From Armatimonadota bacterium (lineage in GTDB: Bacteria > Armatimonadota > Zipacnadia > Zipacnadales > JABUFB01), in the NCBI GenBank assembly GCA_013314775.1, contig JABUFB010000002.1, positions 122,576 through 186,575 on the forward strand: 64,000 bases of DNA. Direction: 5' to 3'. The notes under the pieces are model-generated. The model saw only the letters and a program-made list of their open reading frames with translations, made no database searches and was not told where the DNA came from. Position 1 is the first letter of the stretch, and the number at the start of each line of letters is the position of its first letter. Both the position numbers and the translations under genes were made by a program. Below are positions 1-9,810 of this stretch, in pieces.

Positions 1-2141
1 GGCATCTCGCCCGGCAGGTACAGGTCCATGCCGCCCAGGTCTGCGATCTCGCCCAGGCTGAACAGCACGTGGGTCTCGAAATTGGGCCAGCAGGGCTGCT
101 CGCAGACATCCACCTGGTGCTCGTTGGTTTCGTGGAAGCTCTCGGCGAAACCCGCGTACCAGTCCACCAGCACCGCATCATGCCACCGCTTCCAGCACAG
201 GGCCCGGGGTCGGTCCAGCTCGAACAGCCTGCGCCAGCGGGCGGTGTTGTCCGAGGGCAACTCCATCGCTACCTTCATGATTTTCAGGCGCTCGGCGGCC
301 TCGTCCACATCTGCTGGACTGCCCAGCTGCTCCACCTGCTCCCACTTTGTGTAGTTCGATCCCCATGCGGCATTGAGCGTCGCCAGCGACCCGAACCGCG
401 CCCGCAGGTGGTCGCGGAAGGCCTCGGTGCAGGCCTCGCAGTAGCAGGGCGGGTAGGACAGCCCTTCGCCAGCGATGGTCTGGGCCACCACGGCGGGGTT
501 GTGACGCATGTACTCGCCGAAAACCCGGGCATTGTGCTTCATCCGGGCCAGTTTCGCCGGATCTGCGCACACTGAGCGGTATGAGATCGCCGGACCATTC
601 CAAGCCTTGAACCCGTGGGCGAGTGTGGCGGACATGATCTTGTCGAACTGGTAGGCATTCCCCGCCCCGGCCATGCGCAGGACGTTCACGCCATCGCGCT
701 CCATAGGGATCAGCCAGGACTCGTCGTCCATCGCCGATGTGTATGCGGCCGCGACATCGCACATAGTCCGGCAGTCCTCGCCATCCGAGGTGTGCAGGCG
801 GAAGCGATTGAGCACCGTGAGACGGCCCTCTTCGGTGGCAGTGAGGGTCACGCGGTAGCTGCCGGGCTCCAGGCAACATCCCGTCGGCAACGCCAGCGTC
901 ACATCCGCTCCGTCGGCCAGTTCGAGCCGTGTCTGTGCGCTCCCCAAGAGCATGCCGTCGGGGTGCTCGACTTCGGCCCGCAGGTCGCCGCTGAAGCTGC
1001 GTCCCAGGCCATTGGCCGCACGCAGATCGATTACCAGCGGCCTTCCTGACAGGTAGATCACGGGGTGGGGATGGGCCGGTTCAACCCGCAGGCCGCTCCG
1101 TTGAGGAAGGTTCGCCCGGGCCTCGCGCATGAGCGGGCCGGTTCCGGCAAGCACTCGCAGGGCCCAGGCCTGCAGATAGCCCTCCTCACGGGGCAGGCGA
1201 ACACGCTGCTGCTCGCCGGGGAAGAGGCGAATGCCCTCGTCGATGACTGTAGACGGCACCGCACCCGCGATGAACCCCTCTGTCTCGAATCCGATGGGCA
1301 TCGGCCCGTACAAGGGTGCAGGCGCGCTCTTACCGGGCTCCCAGCGCTGGACCGTGATCGTTGCCGGCGCTTGCCCATTGTTCCGAATGTCCAGCGCCCG
1401 GGGGTGGGCGATGGTCGCCGAGAGCTCGGGGGCGCTGGTGACCACGGCTATCCGCGCCACTTCGTCCGCGGTGAGGCGCGTGTTGAACAGCTGCAAGTCA
1501 TCAATCTGCCCCCAGAATGGGAAGCCGCCGCCGGGCGTGTGGCAGCCTACTCGACCGGGCCAGCCGGCCTCGAGTTCCGTCGGGGCAAAGGCCCCGTTTC
1601 GCTCACCCACCTTCTTGCCGTCGAGGTAAAGCGTGGCACCCTGTGCGCTGTCCCAGGTCATGCACACGTGGACCCACTTCTCCTGGCTGAGCGGGTTGTC
1701 GATCTCCATCACTCCGGTGAGCCAGGGCTTGGCCTTGAGCTTGCCCTCGTGCAGGTAGATGGCGATTTCGTATCCGTCCACCTGGGTATTCCCGGTCTGT
1801 TTCATGAAGTCGATGAGGACCCGGGTGGTCTTGTCCGCGCCGGGGTCAAATCCAGCTTTCGCGCGCATGGCGATGGTGCCTGCGGTGACCTGGTGTCCGA
1901 AGAACGAGACGGGATTGGGGAGATAGAGCCCGTTTCCACCGGTGCCGGGCAGGCTCAGGACACCGCCTGCGCTGGTGTGCCCGGTTACTACAGCGGGCCA
2001 GACCGTCATCCCAACACTGTGCCCGAGGTCGGCCGGGTCCTCGAAGTCGTACCAGGTGGCCATGGGCGGCGGAGCGGGGAAAACAACGGATGGAATGAAG
2101 ATGGCGAATGTGACCATCAGAAGGCGGACGTAGCGGACCAT
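1..2141 (-). CDS. secreted glycoside hydrolase, partial: signal peptide, then a concanavalin A-like/LamG-type beta-sandwich, then a TIM-barrel region with a GH42-like motif; the C-terminus lies beyond the window start
   Basis: Manual reverse-complement translation from the ATG at 2141 stays open to position 1. It reads MVRYVRLLMVTFAIFIPSVVFPAPPP (signal peptide), then ...ATLYLDGKKVGERNG... (LamG-like), then ...FRDHLRARFGSLATLNAAWGSNYTKWEQV, which resembles the conserved FRxWLxxKYGxxxxLNxAWG segment of GH42 beta-galactosidases. It is absent from the ORF track because no stop lies inside the window. The overlapping + ORFs (69..575, 615..1049, 1065..2168) sit in three different frames and have Arg/Gly-rich junk composition. 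Confidence 0.6.
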   Translation of the reverse strand, partial: MVRYVRLLMVTFAIFIPSVVFPAPPPMATWYDFEDPADLGHSVGMTVWPAVVTGHTSAGGVLSLPGTGGNGLYLPNPVSFFGHQVTAGTIAMRAKAGFDPGADKTTRVLIDFMKQTGNTQVDGYEIAIYLHEGKLKAKPWLTGVMEIDNPLSQEKWVHVCMTWDSAQGATLYLDGKKVGERNGAFAPTELEAGWPGRVGCHTPGGGFPFWGQIDDLQLFNTRLTADEVARIAVVTSAPELSATIAHPRALDIRNNGQAPATITVQRWEPGKSAPAPLYGPMPIGFETEGFIAGAVPSTVIDEGIRLFPGEQQRVRLPREEGYLQAWALRVLAGTGPLMREARANLPQRSGLRVEPAHPHPVIYLSGRPLVIDLRAANGLGRSFSGDLRAEVEHPDGMLLGSAQTRLELADGADVTLALPTGCCLEPGSYRVTLTATEEGRLTVLNRFRLHTSDGEDCRTMCDVAAAYTSAMDDESWLIPMERDGVNVLRMAGAGNAYQFDKIMSATLAHGFKAWNGPAISYRSVCADPAKLARMKHNARVFGEYMRHNPAVVAQTIAGEGLSYPPCYCEACTEAFRDHLRARFGSLATLNAAWGSNYTKWEQVEQLGSPADVDEAAERLKIMKVAMELPSDNTARWRRLFELDRPRALCWKRWHDAVLVDWYAGFAESFHETNEHQVDVCEQPCWPNFETHVLFSLGEIADLGGMDLYLPGEM

Positions 2142-2391
2142 GGTATTAGCTCCGATCGCGTGTCTTAGCCAGCATCGAGGAGATTCGCCCGTTCTCCCTG
2201 CATCTCCTGCCAGCGCTCTCCACCGACACACTCGTGCGAAAGTCACCATCAAAGTCCACAGTAATATAACTTTTGGAGATGAACCTTTTGGCCCGTAGAT
2301 TTGTCAACGAGAGTCACGGACCTGCAAGCGGCGCTTCAGCGCCACCGGTCCGACAAGTTGCCAGAAGGCAGCTATTCGGAGGGCGAACTGC

Positions 2392-3081
2392 ATGAGGCGT
2401 GGATTCACTTTGATTGAGTTGTTGGTTGTCATCGCGATCATCGCGATCCTTGCGGCAATCCTCTTCCCCGTTTTCGCCAGGGCTCGAGAGAAGGCGCGAC
2501 AGTCCAGCTGTCAGTCGAACCTGAAGCAGATCGGTCTGGCCTATGCCATGTACTCCCAGGACTACGACGAGAGGATCGCTCCGAACTCGATTGGATCGGC
2601 CATGGGCACCGTCTGGGTCCCCGGCTTGCTCCAGCCGTACATCAAGAATACCCAGATCTGGGTCTGCCCGTCATACAACACCCTGCAAGCCACTGCTGCC
2701 GTGGGTATCCAGGGCGCCACGAATTGCGCCTGCGCCGGCACCTACTACCGCCTGCGCGGCGGGTATGGCCCAAACTACGGTGACACCAGCCGTCTCAACC
2801 CCTGGCCCGTTCCCAGCGGCCGGAAGGAGTCGGACATTCCGGCGCCATCAACCACGCTTCTCGTGGCCGACAGTCACTGCGTCGTGGCTTCTCCCCCGGG
2901 CGTTTGGCCCTCCGATGGGACCCAGACCTCAGGGAATCTGCCCTACAGCCTGCGTCACAATGAGGGCGCCAACGTCCTATACTGCGACGGTCACGTCAAG
3001 TGGCAGGGATACGGCGGAATGGAGCCGTGTACCCTCGGCGGGCCGGCCAAAGGTATGTGGACCATCACCGAGAACGACTAA
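2392..3081 (+). CDS. prepilin-type N-terminal cleavage/methylation domain protein with C-terminal H-X9-DG motif (DUF1559 family)
   Basis: N-terminus is [46 protein letters not shown] (class III signal/pseudopilin motif). The C-terminus carries [13 protein letters not shown] (H-X9-DG). GGAGGG lies 9 nt upstream of the ATG. Confidence 0.9.
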   Translation: MRRGFTLIELLVVIAIIAILAAILFPVFARAREKARQSSCQSNLKQIGLAYAMYSQDYDERIAPNSIGSAMGTVWVPGLLQPYIKNTQIWVCPSYNTLQATAAVGIQGATNCACAGTYYRLRGGYGPNYGDTSRLNPWPVPSGRKESDIPAPSTTLLVADSHCVVASPPGVWPSDGTQTSGNLPYSLRHNEGANVLYCDGHVKWQGYGGMEPCTLGGPAKGMWTITEND

Positions 3082-3370
3082 CCGACCACCGGCCGACCAC
3101 GCGCGGCATGGCGCCCGGAACCTGGAGGCAGGTTCCGGGCGCTGTTGACTCCGACCAAAGAAACCGCAGGCACATCTGGGCGTTCTGTATCCAAGAGAAC
3201 CGGGCCGGGACTTCGGGGAACGCGCCCGCGAGTTTCTTGCGCTCGGTTCTTGCGGAGTGTATACTGCATTCTGTAGAAGTTTGGGCCGAGAATGAACACA
3301 GAGTTGAACCTGGCCCGAACGGATCAGGCCTCGCGAAGCCACAACCGCGCGGGCATCGGGGACGGATGAG

Positions 3371-5050
3371 ATGATCGAGTGTCCGGATTGCGGCGCACAG
3401 AACGCTGATAACAGCACATTCTGCATACGCTGCGGCACCCAGTTCTCGGCGCCGAGAGGCCTTGGCCCCCTGGAGTCTCCCCGCCAGGTGGATCCGAGCC
3501 GGCTTGTGGATGAGGCCGCCGAACTGTACGCCGCCAACCAGTTGGATGACGCGGCCGAAGCCTGCCACGCTGCTTTGGACATCGATCCGGAGCTCGTATC
3601 CGCCCGGGCGCTTCTCGGGATGATCGAAGAGGACCGCGGAAACTACGCCGCGGCGCTTGCGGAGTACGAGGCGGTCATCCGGCTCGCCCCGGAGCGCACG
3701 GCGGAGCGCGAGAAAGCCGACCGCATGCGGGCGCTTGTGCGGCGTGAGGCCGGACCGGCAATCCCCGAAGAAGAGAACCGGCTGCGGCGCTACATGCCCG
3801 CGCTCATCGCCGTGGGTGCCGCGCTGGTGGTGCTGCTCGTGGGCGGGCTGATCATCTCGGCCGGCGCGCGAGACCGCGCTGACGACACTGCCGCCCTTGA
3901 CGAAGGTCAGTCCGGCGGCTTCCTCTTGCAGGAAACGAGCCCCCAGGTCGGGCAACCCGCGGCCACCGGTGAGGGCGTGGAATCCCTCAAGACAGGCGGC
4001 GGCGTGATCCCGACGACACCGATCGGTGCGACGATCCAGGACCAGACGGCCCAGCAGAAGCCCAACGCCTATCAGCAGGGCCAATCGAACAGCGGAGGTG
4101 GCGGGCGATCGCGCACTGCCTCGGTGGAGCCGATCCCCCTGCCGCCACCCACCGTTGACAGCAAGCCCCAGGGCACGGGCCCGCTGACCACCCCAGCGCC
4201 TGAGCCGGCGACCACACCCACACCCTCCATACCGGCGCCATCGGCTATCGGGCCGCCCACCGCAAGTGAACCTGAGCCCTTGCCCCAGGAATCCCGGGGT
4301 AAGGTGCGTATCTGGGTGGGGGATGACTCGCCGGCGCCTGTGAGCGGGAACCGGGGCGGGGGACAGGCTCCAACTCAGGGCCAGGGTTACCAGGGGCCTT
4401 CTCTGTCCCAGCGCGAGCGCTGGTCCGTCAACAGCCGAACCGGCGCGACGGTGACGACTCGCTCGGGCAGCGCCATGGACAGCGATGGAAGCGGCGGCCC
4501 CCGGTTCGCCCCCAAAACCCAGTCGAGCTCCGGCGTTGGAGGGACAGCAGGTCGCCTGACCGCTCGCGCCGGTAACGGCGGCAATAATGGCGGCGCTTCC
4601 GGACTTCAGTATCAGCCGCGCGCAAGGCAAGGCGGCGGGTACACCGGCTCAGTCATGCCCACCCAGCGAGATGAGACCAACGGAGCTCACGTCCAGCCGC
4701 GCAACTACCACGGACCCTCAACCAGTGCGGCCACCCGCCAGCCGGCCCAGACGCGAAGTGCGCCCGTTGCTACTTCGGCCCAGGTGCAGCGCCTGGCGGG
4801 AGTGACTCCGTCTCAGCAGGGCGGGTCTTCCGCAGGCAACGGGGCGTCAGGCTCCACAGCATCGGCTTTGAGGGCCCAGGCGCAGCGCGCCCAGGCATCG
4901 GGCAACAGCCAGCAGGCCCGCTTGCTCTACAAGGCCGCCATCGAGGGCTACGCTCGCGAGGCAGCAGCCAATCCCGCCAGAGCCGCTTCCAGCCGCAGTG
5001 CCATTGACAGTTGCCAGCGATCTCTCGATGCCCTGGATGCATCTCAATGA
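3371..5050 (+). CDS. zinc-ribbon / TPR-repeat membrane protein with a long Pro/Gly/Gln/Ser-rich low-complexity region
   Basis: N-terminal CPDCGAQNADNSTFCIRCG zinc ribbon, then TPR-like helices, one TM helix (MPALIAVGAALVVLLVGGLIISAG), a disordered PTPS/GGG-rich stretch, and a TPR-like C-terminus. The stop overlaps the next gene start (ATGA at 5047-5050). Confidence 0.65.
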   Translation: MIECPDCGAQNADNSTFCIRCGTQFSAPRGLGPLESPRQVDPSRLVDEAAELYAANQLDDAAEACHAALDIDPELVSARALLGMIEEDRGNYAAALAEYEAVIRLAPERTAEREKADRMRALVRREAGPAIPEEENRLRRYMPALIAVGAALVVLLVGGLIISAGARDRADDTAALDEGQSGGFLLQETSPQVGQPAATGEGVESLKTGGGVIPTTPIGATIQDQTAQQKPNAYQQGQSNSGGGGRSRTASVEPIPLPPPTVDSKPQGTGPLTTPAPEPATTPTPSIPAPSAIGPPTASEPEPLPQESRGKVRIWVGDDSPAPVSGNRGGGQAPTQGQGYQGPSLSQRERWSVNSRTGATVTTRSGSAMDSDGSGGPRFAPKTQSSSGVGGTAGRLTARAGNGGNNGGASGLQYQPRARQGGGYTGSVMPTQRDETNGAHVQPRNYHGPSTSAATRQPAQTRSAPVATSAQVQRLAGVTPSQQGGSSAGNGASGSTASALRAQAQRAQASGNSQQARLLYKAAIEGYAREAAANPARAASSRSAIDSCQRSLDALDASQ

Positions 5051-6204
5051 GGATCCAGTTGCACGTGTCATCCCTGTTGCTTGCGGCCATCCTGTGCGGG
5101 CCCGTGATTGCGCAGCCCGATGCTCCGGCTGCCGTTGGCGAAGCCGACGCTGAAGGGGCTCCGGCGGTTGAGGCACAGGACCCGGCGATTGCCCTTTTCA
5201 CAGAGACGGAAACGGCCGTTGTGGGTGCCTTGGCGAAAGGCGAGTACGATCGGGCACTGCTGGTGGTTGACGGCGCGTATGCTCGCGGCCTGCCTGCGGC
5301 CAAGGTTCACCTCCTCAAAGCGCGCGTTTACGCTGCAAAGCAGGACCTGGCTGCGGAGGAGCAGCAACTGCGCGGCGCGCTGCACCAGGACCCGGCTCTG
5401 GTGGAGGCCTGCCTGCGGCTCGCGGCGATCCAGGAGAGCAGGGGATTGTGGCTGGAATCGGCCGACCTGTATCGGCAGGCCATCGCATCGGCACCGGGGC
5501 AGGCGGGGGCGTACCTGAAGCTGGCGCGTCTCCTGCAGGAACGCGAGCGGCTCCAGAACGCCATCGAGGTGCTGTTGGATGCGCGTAAAGCAATCCCCGA
5601 TGACGTGAACGTGCTTTTCGCCCTGGCGAGCGCCCGGGAATATGTCGGGCAGTATGAGCAGGCCCGGGTGGACTACCAGCAGGTCGCCAGGATGGACACG
5701 GGCAAGACCCGGCTGGCCGCTCTCATGAAGGTGGGGGATATCAGCGTCAAACTCGAAGACTATGGGGTTGCGGTGGGCTACTACCGCGCCGCGGTGGCGG
5801 AAGGCGTAATTCTCACCCCGGAGTCATACGGCCGGGTGGCTCTTGCGACCGACCGGGCCATCTGGAAGCTGTTCGATGACCAGTGGCGGCCATTCCAGGA
5901 CTATCTGGACAATAAAGACCCCGCAATGGAGCGCGAGGAAGTCTACCTTCGGGCCACAGAGGCGCTGGCCGAATGCAATGAGATCAACGCATTCATCGAT
6001 TCCGTCCATGCGCCCAAAGCCATGGCCGCGCTTCATGCCCAGCGGCGGCTTCTATACAGCCTGATTTGTGAGACGCTGGTCAATGCCGTTTCGTACCTGG
6101 ACACCGGCGACGCGGTGCTGGCGCAGGACGCGCTGGACCGGCGACAGGATGCAGACCTGGCGAAAAAGACCGTGGACCAGGGAGCAGCAAGTCCCGAGGG
6201 CTGA
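5047..6204 (+). CDS. secreted TPR-repeat protein
   Basis: Starts MRIQLHVSSLLLAAILCGPVIAQ (signal peptide) and continues as repeated TPR-like helical hairpins (LLKARVYAAKQDLAAEEQQLRGAL..., LYRQAIASAPGQAGAYLKLARLLQ...). ATGA overlap with the upstream gene implies translational coupling. Confidence 0.7.
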   Translation: MRIQLHVSSLLLAAILCGPVIAQPDAPAAVGEADAEGAPAVEAQDPAIALFTETETAVVGALAKGEYDRALLVVDGAYARGLPAAKVHLLKARVYAAKQDLAAEEQQLRGALHQDPALVEACLRLAAIQESRGLWLESADLYRQAIASAPGQAGAYLKLARLLQERERLQNAIEVLLDARKAIPDDVNVLFALASAREYVGQYEQARVDYQQVARMDTGKTRLAALMKVGDISVKLEDYGVAVGYYRAAVAEGVILTPESYGRVALATDRAIWKLFDDQWRPFQDYLDNKDPAMEREEVYLRATEALAECNEINAFIDSVHAPKAMAALHAQRRLLYSLICETLVNAVSYLDTGDAVLAQDALDRRQDADLAKKTVDQGAASPEG

Positions 6205-6258
6205 GTTCGCCACCCGATCTCCGAGCCCTGGTAACATCCGCGGGATGGTGCTCACGCC

Positions 6259-7050
6259 ATGCTGAAACATGACTGGATGCGCAAGCGCGACCGGCGTACC
6301 CGACGGTTCGGACAGGACGGCCTGTCGGAGCAGGATGACCGCCTGTTCGACGAAGAGGCGTCCCTGGACGCCGTGCTGGGCCTGGGCGAAGACGACCACG
6401 CCGAGGTGGCTCTGGAACAGGAGCCCTGGCCGACGGAGGTTGCTGCGACCTGGGAAACCGATAGTTCCGCGACGGACGCGGCCGGGGAGGATGCCGCCGA
6501 AGTCCCCCACGCCAATGTTGCGGCAGATTCGGAAGACGCGATGACGCCTTGGCCCGAAGACGTGCTCGCGGACCAGGACGAGGCACCCGAGCCTGCGTCG
6601 GACGATGAAGCGGAGAACGAGGAAATGGAAGCGCCCACCGTGGCGGCTGAGCCGCCTGCGCCAGAGCAGGTGGAGCCCGCACCGCCCCGCGATGATGTGC
6701 GAGCGGTGGTGGAGCGCCTTGATGTGCCCGTACAGAGCTTGCGTGACCGCCTGGAGCAGGTGCTCGCGCGCCAGGCACAGCTGCCGCTGGACATTGAGGC
6801 GCGCCAGGAAGTCTCCGAAAAAGCCGCCTCCAGTCCCCGTGAGCGCCGGGATGAACTGGTTCAGCGTCTCCTGGACCCCACTCTCAACCTGCATGAGGCC
6901 GCGGTATTGCTGGGCGTGTGCCGTACTACGGTGCGCCGGTACACGGACCGCGGCCTGTTGCGCTGTTTCCGCACCCCGGGGAACCAGCGCCGGTTCAATC
7001 TCTCCGACATTCTCGACTTCATGGAGCGCCAGCAGCGGGGCGAAATCTGA
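6259..7050 (+). CDS. acidic, low-complexity protein with a C-terminal excisionase/MerR-type helix-turn-helix (HTH_17-like)
   Basis: N-terminus is basic (MRKRDRRTRRFG). A ~170-aa D/E/A/P-rich stretch follows. The C-terminus LNLHEAAVLLGVCRTTVRRYTDRGLLRCFRTPGNQRRFNLSDILDF matches the excisionase-family HTH pattern. Confidence 0.6.
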   Translation: MLKHDWMRKRDRRTRRFGQDGLSEQDDRLFDEEASLDAVLGLGEDDHAEVALEQEPWPTEVAATWETDSSATDAAGEDAAEVPHANVAADSEDAMTPWPEDVLADQDEAPEPASDDEAENEEMEAPTVAAEPPAPEQVEPAPPRDDVRAVVERLDVPVQSLRDRLEQVLARQAQLPLDIEARQEVSEKAASSPRERRDELVQRLLDPTLNLHEAAVLLGVCRTTVRRYTDRGLLRCFRTPGNQRRFNLSDILDFMERQQRGEI

Positions 7051-7064
7051 GCCCCGATACGCCA

Positions 7065-8126
7065 ATGAACGCCCCTTCGATCGACTGTATCCAGGTCGTG
7101 CCTTTTCCGACCGGCACCGACGCCCCGGCATATCTTGTGCGCGTTCAGACGGGTGCCGGCGCTTCCGGCGTGGGAGAAGCGTGTGACGCGCCTTTGGACG
7201 AGGTCTCCGAAGTCGTGGAGGAACTCGCCGTTCAGGTGCTCGGGCGGCCTTCAGCCAACCGAACCGCGATCTGGCAGGCGATGTGTGGTGCGGCGGGGGA
7301 CTGGGAAGGCCCGCCGGACGTAATGTCCGCCTGCTTGTCAGCGCTGGATGCCGCTATATGGGATGCCTGGTGCGCATCCGTCGGGCTTCCGTGCGTCGCA
7401 GTGATGGGCGGCCGAACCCGCTCAGCGCTGGAGATTTGCCTGGACTGCGGGACCCAGGTCGAGGATGCGAAGGCGGCCCACGCCGAGGGTGTGCGCATTT
7501 TCGCGCTTACCGTCGACCCGCGAGATGATGCCGCCGTGGCACGTGTGAGCAAGCTGCGAGGCAGCCTCGGACCCCAGGCTCTCTTGCTTCTGCAGTGTCC
7601 GACACCCGCTGCCGATGTGGACGAGGCCGTTGCGTGGGGGCAGATTCTCGATCGTCTCGACCCGTACTGGGTCGAGGGCCTGCTGCCCGACGGCCAGTGG
7701 CGCGAAATGGCGCAGATACGGGAGCGGATCGCGTCAGCCACCGCCTGCGGCTCACAGACTATCGGCTACAAACGATTTGTGCGCCCGATCGAGGGCGCGT
7801 GTGCGGACATCATCACTCCCCGCCTGGACTCGGTAGGCGGGCCGACTGGCGCACTCTCTCTCTCCGTGATGGTGGGCATGCGTGGCCTGCGCATGAGCGT
7901 GTTGCCTGGGTCTACACCAGCGTCGGTTCTCGCGGCGATGCATATCTCTTTCGCGCGGCCAGAAGTCTACCCGCTGCGCATCACCCCATCTGCGCTGGAA
8001 GCCTTGCGCCGCGCACTTCCCGGTGCGGTCCGTGATGGGTTCCTGCACCTCGGCGATGAGCCGGGTTGGAGCGGAATCGCAGACCTTGCCGAGGGGATCG
8101 AACCTGTCGCCATTTTCGAGGCCTGA
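7065..8126 (+). CDS. enolase-superfamily enzyme (mandelate racemase / muconate lactonizing enzyme-like)
   Basis: Segments ...PLDEVSEVVEELAVQVLGRPSANRTAIWQAMCG...ACLSALDAAIWDAWCASVGLPCVAVMGG... resemble the MR/MLE N-terminal capping domain (ALSAIDIALWDLxGKxxGxPV). Length of ~354 aa is typical. The start was chosen at the in-frame ATG at 7065 (MNAPSIDCIQVVPF...). The longer ORF from 6918 would overlap the upstream gene. Confidence 0.65.
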   Translation: MNAPSIDCIQVVPFPTGTDAPAYLVRVQTGAGASGVGEACDAPLDEVSEVVEELAVQVLGRPSANRTAIWQAMCGAAGDWEGPPDVMSACLSALDAAIWDAWCASVGLPCVAVMGGRTRSALEICLDCGTQVEDAKAAHAEGVRIFALTVDPRDDAAVARVSKLRGSLGPQALLLLQCPTPAADVDEAVAWGQILDRLDPYWVEGLLPDGQWREMAQIRERIASATACGSQTIGYKRFVRPIEGACADIITPRLDSVGGPTGALSLSVMVGMRGLRMSVLPGSTPASVLAAMHISFARPEVYPLRITPSALEALRRALPGAVRDGFLHLGDEPGWSGIADLAEGIEPVAIFEA

Positions 8127-9248
8127 GTGAGCCCTATGGACGAGCTGTCAACGCGGGCGACCGAGTGCGAAGCCAGAGTGCGAGAGATCGTCCAGCGCGT
8201 CTGCGGCGCGTGTGGGGATAGTTGCTGCCACCAGGGCACCATGGTCGGCAGTCATGATGCCCTGCGGCTGATCAAGGGGATGGCGCTGGAGCCGGGACGG
8301 GCCAGCGCTGTGCGCGAAGGGCTGCGCGAGCGTGCCGAGGTACTCACCGCCGACCTGGAGACGCTGAAAGCAGTGGGGAATCTGCTCAAGGCCGCCAATC
8401 TCGGCGACGAGCAGCAGCGCGACCACCTTGATTCACTGATCCGGCAGTGGGAGGATTTTATCACCTTCATCTCGGGCCCGTGGGACGCCACCCCCGAGAG
8501 CCTCGATGAGATGCTGAAGTTCGCGGGAATCCGCGCCCTTGTCCTGCGCGCCATCGCGGCATTCCCAGGAGGTCACTCGGCCCTGGCGAACTTCGCGAAA
8601 GAGGGCTCGAGCTTCAGATTCCGTGGACGGCGCATCGCCCCACCCCGCTGCCTGTTCCACTCGGCCCGCCACGGCTGCACGCTCGGCCGCTGGAAACCCG
8701 GAAAGTGCGCCAACTTTTTCTGCACCGGCGACCCGAACATCCTCCAGGAAATCCGATCCGCGCTTTCCTTCGAGCAGTTTGTGCTGGGCAACTCGATGGT
8801 CTTGTCCGCCCAGCAGGCGGTTGCTCTGGTGAAGAGCGAGCTCGCCCTCGGACACGAATATGTGGAGCCGAAAGTGTTCATACAGCTTCCCGACGAGCAA
8901 TTCGACGAGATCCGCGCCGCGCTCGCGGAAAGCTATGGCGGACTGGTGCCCCTGCGTCTACCGGCCGGGCGCTGCATGCTGTCGGTATCCGAATGGGATG
9001 AACTGTTCGCCCCGCTGGAAACTGGCGGGGCAGCGGTGGTCCATTGCGGGTCGATGGAGGGCGCGGCACTGTACGAACTGGCCATCGCCCTGGACCTGCG
9101 ACGGGCCCAGGGGATCGCCCTGCCCTTTGTGCTGGCGGTGGACGAGCTTGCCCCGGAGGGGCCGTTCCCGCACCCCTTGTGGAGTGACCAGCAGATGAGC
9201 CAGCCGCTGGGAGCCCTGGACCTGTTCGTGGTTCGCAGACCGGACTGA
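8127..9248 (+). CDS. YkgJ/UPF0153-family protein (putative zinc- or iron-chelating CxxCxxCC domain) with an extended C-terminal domain
   Basis: GTG start abuts the upstream stop (TGAGTG). It contains CGACGDSCC and later RCLFHSARHGCTLGRWKPGKCANFFC, matching the CxxCxxCC ... CxFL...C.IY..RP..CR.FxC signature of PF03692-type proteins. Confidence 0.6.
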   Translation: MSPMDELSTRATECEARVREIVQRVCGACGDSCCHQGTMVGSHDALRLIKGMALEPGRASAVREGLRERAEVLTADLETLKAVGNLLKAANLGDEQQRDHLDSLIRQWEDFITFISGPWDATPESLDEMLKFAGIRALVLRAIAAFPGGHSALANFAKEGSSFRFRGRRIAPPRCLFHSARHGCTLGRWKPGKCANFFCTGDPNILQEIRSALSFEQFVLGNSMVLSAQQAVALVKSELALGHEYVEPKVFIQLPDEQFDEIRAALAESYGGLVPLRLPAGRCMLSVSEWDELFAPLETGGAAVVHCGSMEGAALYELAIALDLRRAQGIALPFVLAVDELAPEGPFPHPLWSDQQMSQPLGALDLFVVRRPD

Positions 9249-9249
9249 T

Positions 9250-9810
9250 TCACCCTTCCCGCAAGTACCAGCGTCTTTGGCACAGCCCAGTCTTTCGACA
9301 CAATTCCTGCCCCGGTCTGCAGTGACTCTCCGTCACCCGCCCCCGGCGGTTCTGCTCCTCGACCCACACTGCTCCAATCTGGCTGTCCACGGGAAGCTCG
9401 ACGTCCGCCGCATGGGCCTGAAGCTTCACAACGGCCCGGCGCAGGCCGTTCCGGGCTCTTGCGGGGGTGATTCCCAGGACCCGCGCGCTGTCGGCGGTGG
9501 TATGGCCGGTGGCTGCAAGGCGCAGAAGGTCGGTCTCCAGAGGAGACAATTCGGCCTTGCGCGCGATGCGCCAGATGATCCCCGCTCCGGGCATCTGCTG
9601 GGATGGGTGCTCGCCCTCGTCATCCACGAGAGAACGCTCGTCCGCGGTGGCAAGCCGCCGCAGATAGCTCCGGCTGTAGAAAGGATACTCGCCACGGCCC
9701 AAGGTCTTCAGGCTATCTACGAGTAGACGGTCCGCTTTCTCCTCGAGTTCGGAATCCTGCCGGGCACGTCTGTCCGCGTCGCGAGACTTGTTCATCGGTG
9801 CGGCCTCCAT
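9250..9810 (-). CDS. LuxR/GerE-type helix-turn-helix transcriptional regulator (no receiver domain)
   Basis: LSPLETDLLRLAATGHTTADSARVLGITPARARNGLRRAVVKL fits the LuxR/sigma-70 region-4 HTH. The start could also be the second Met (MNKSRD). Confidence 0.55.
   Translation of the reverse strand: MEAAPMNKSRDADRRARQDSELEEKADRLLVDSLKTLGRGEYPFYSRSYLRRLATADERSLVDDEGEHPSQQMPGAGIIWRIARKAELSPLETDLLRLAATGHTTADSARVLGITPARARNGLRRAVVKLQAHAADVELPVDSQIGAVWVEEQNRRGRVTESHCRPGQELCRKTGLCQRRWYLREG

Noticed and set aside
1065-2168. 367-aa plus-strand ORF, together with 69..575 and 615..1049
   Set aside because: Three different frames opposite one continuous minus-strand frame that has a signal peptide, a LamG-like segment and a GH42-like motif. 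The plus ORFs have junk composition.
3065-4630. 521-aa minus-strand ORF antisense to the zinc-ribbon/TPR gene
   Set aside because: Arg/Gly/His/Pro-rich composition with no domain-like segments. It lies opposite a gene with a clear zinc ribbon, TPR and TM features. A typical high-GC antisense open frame.
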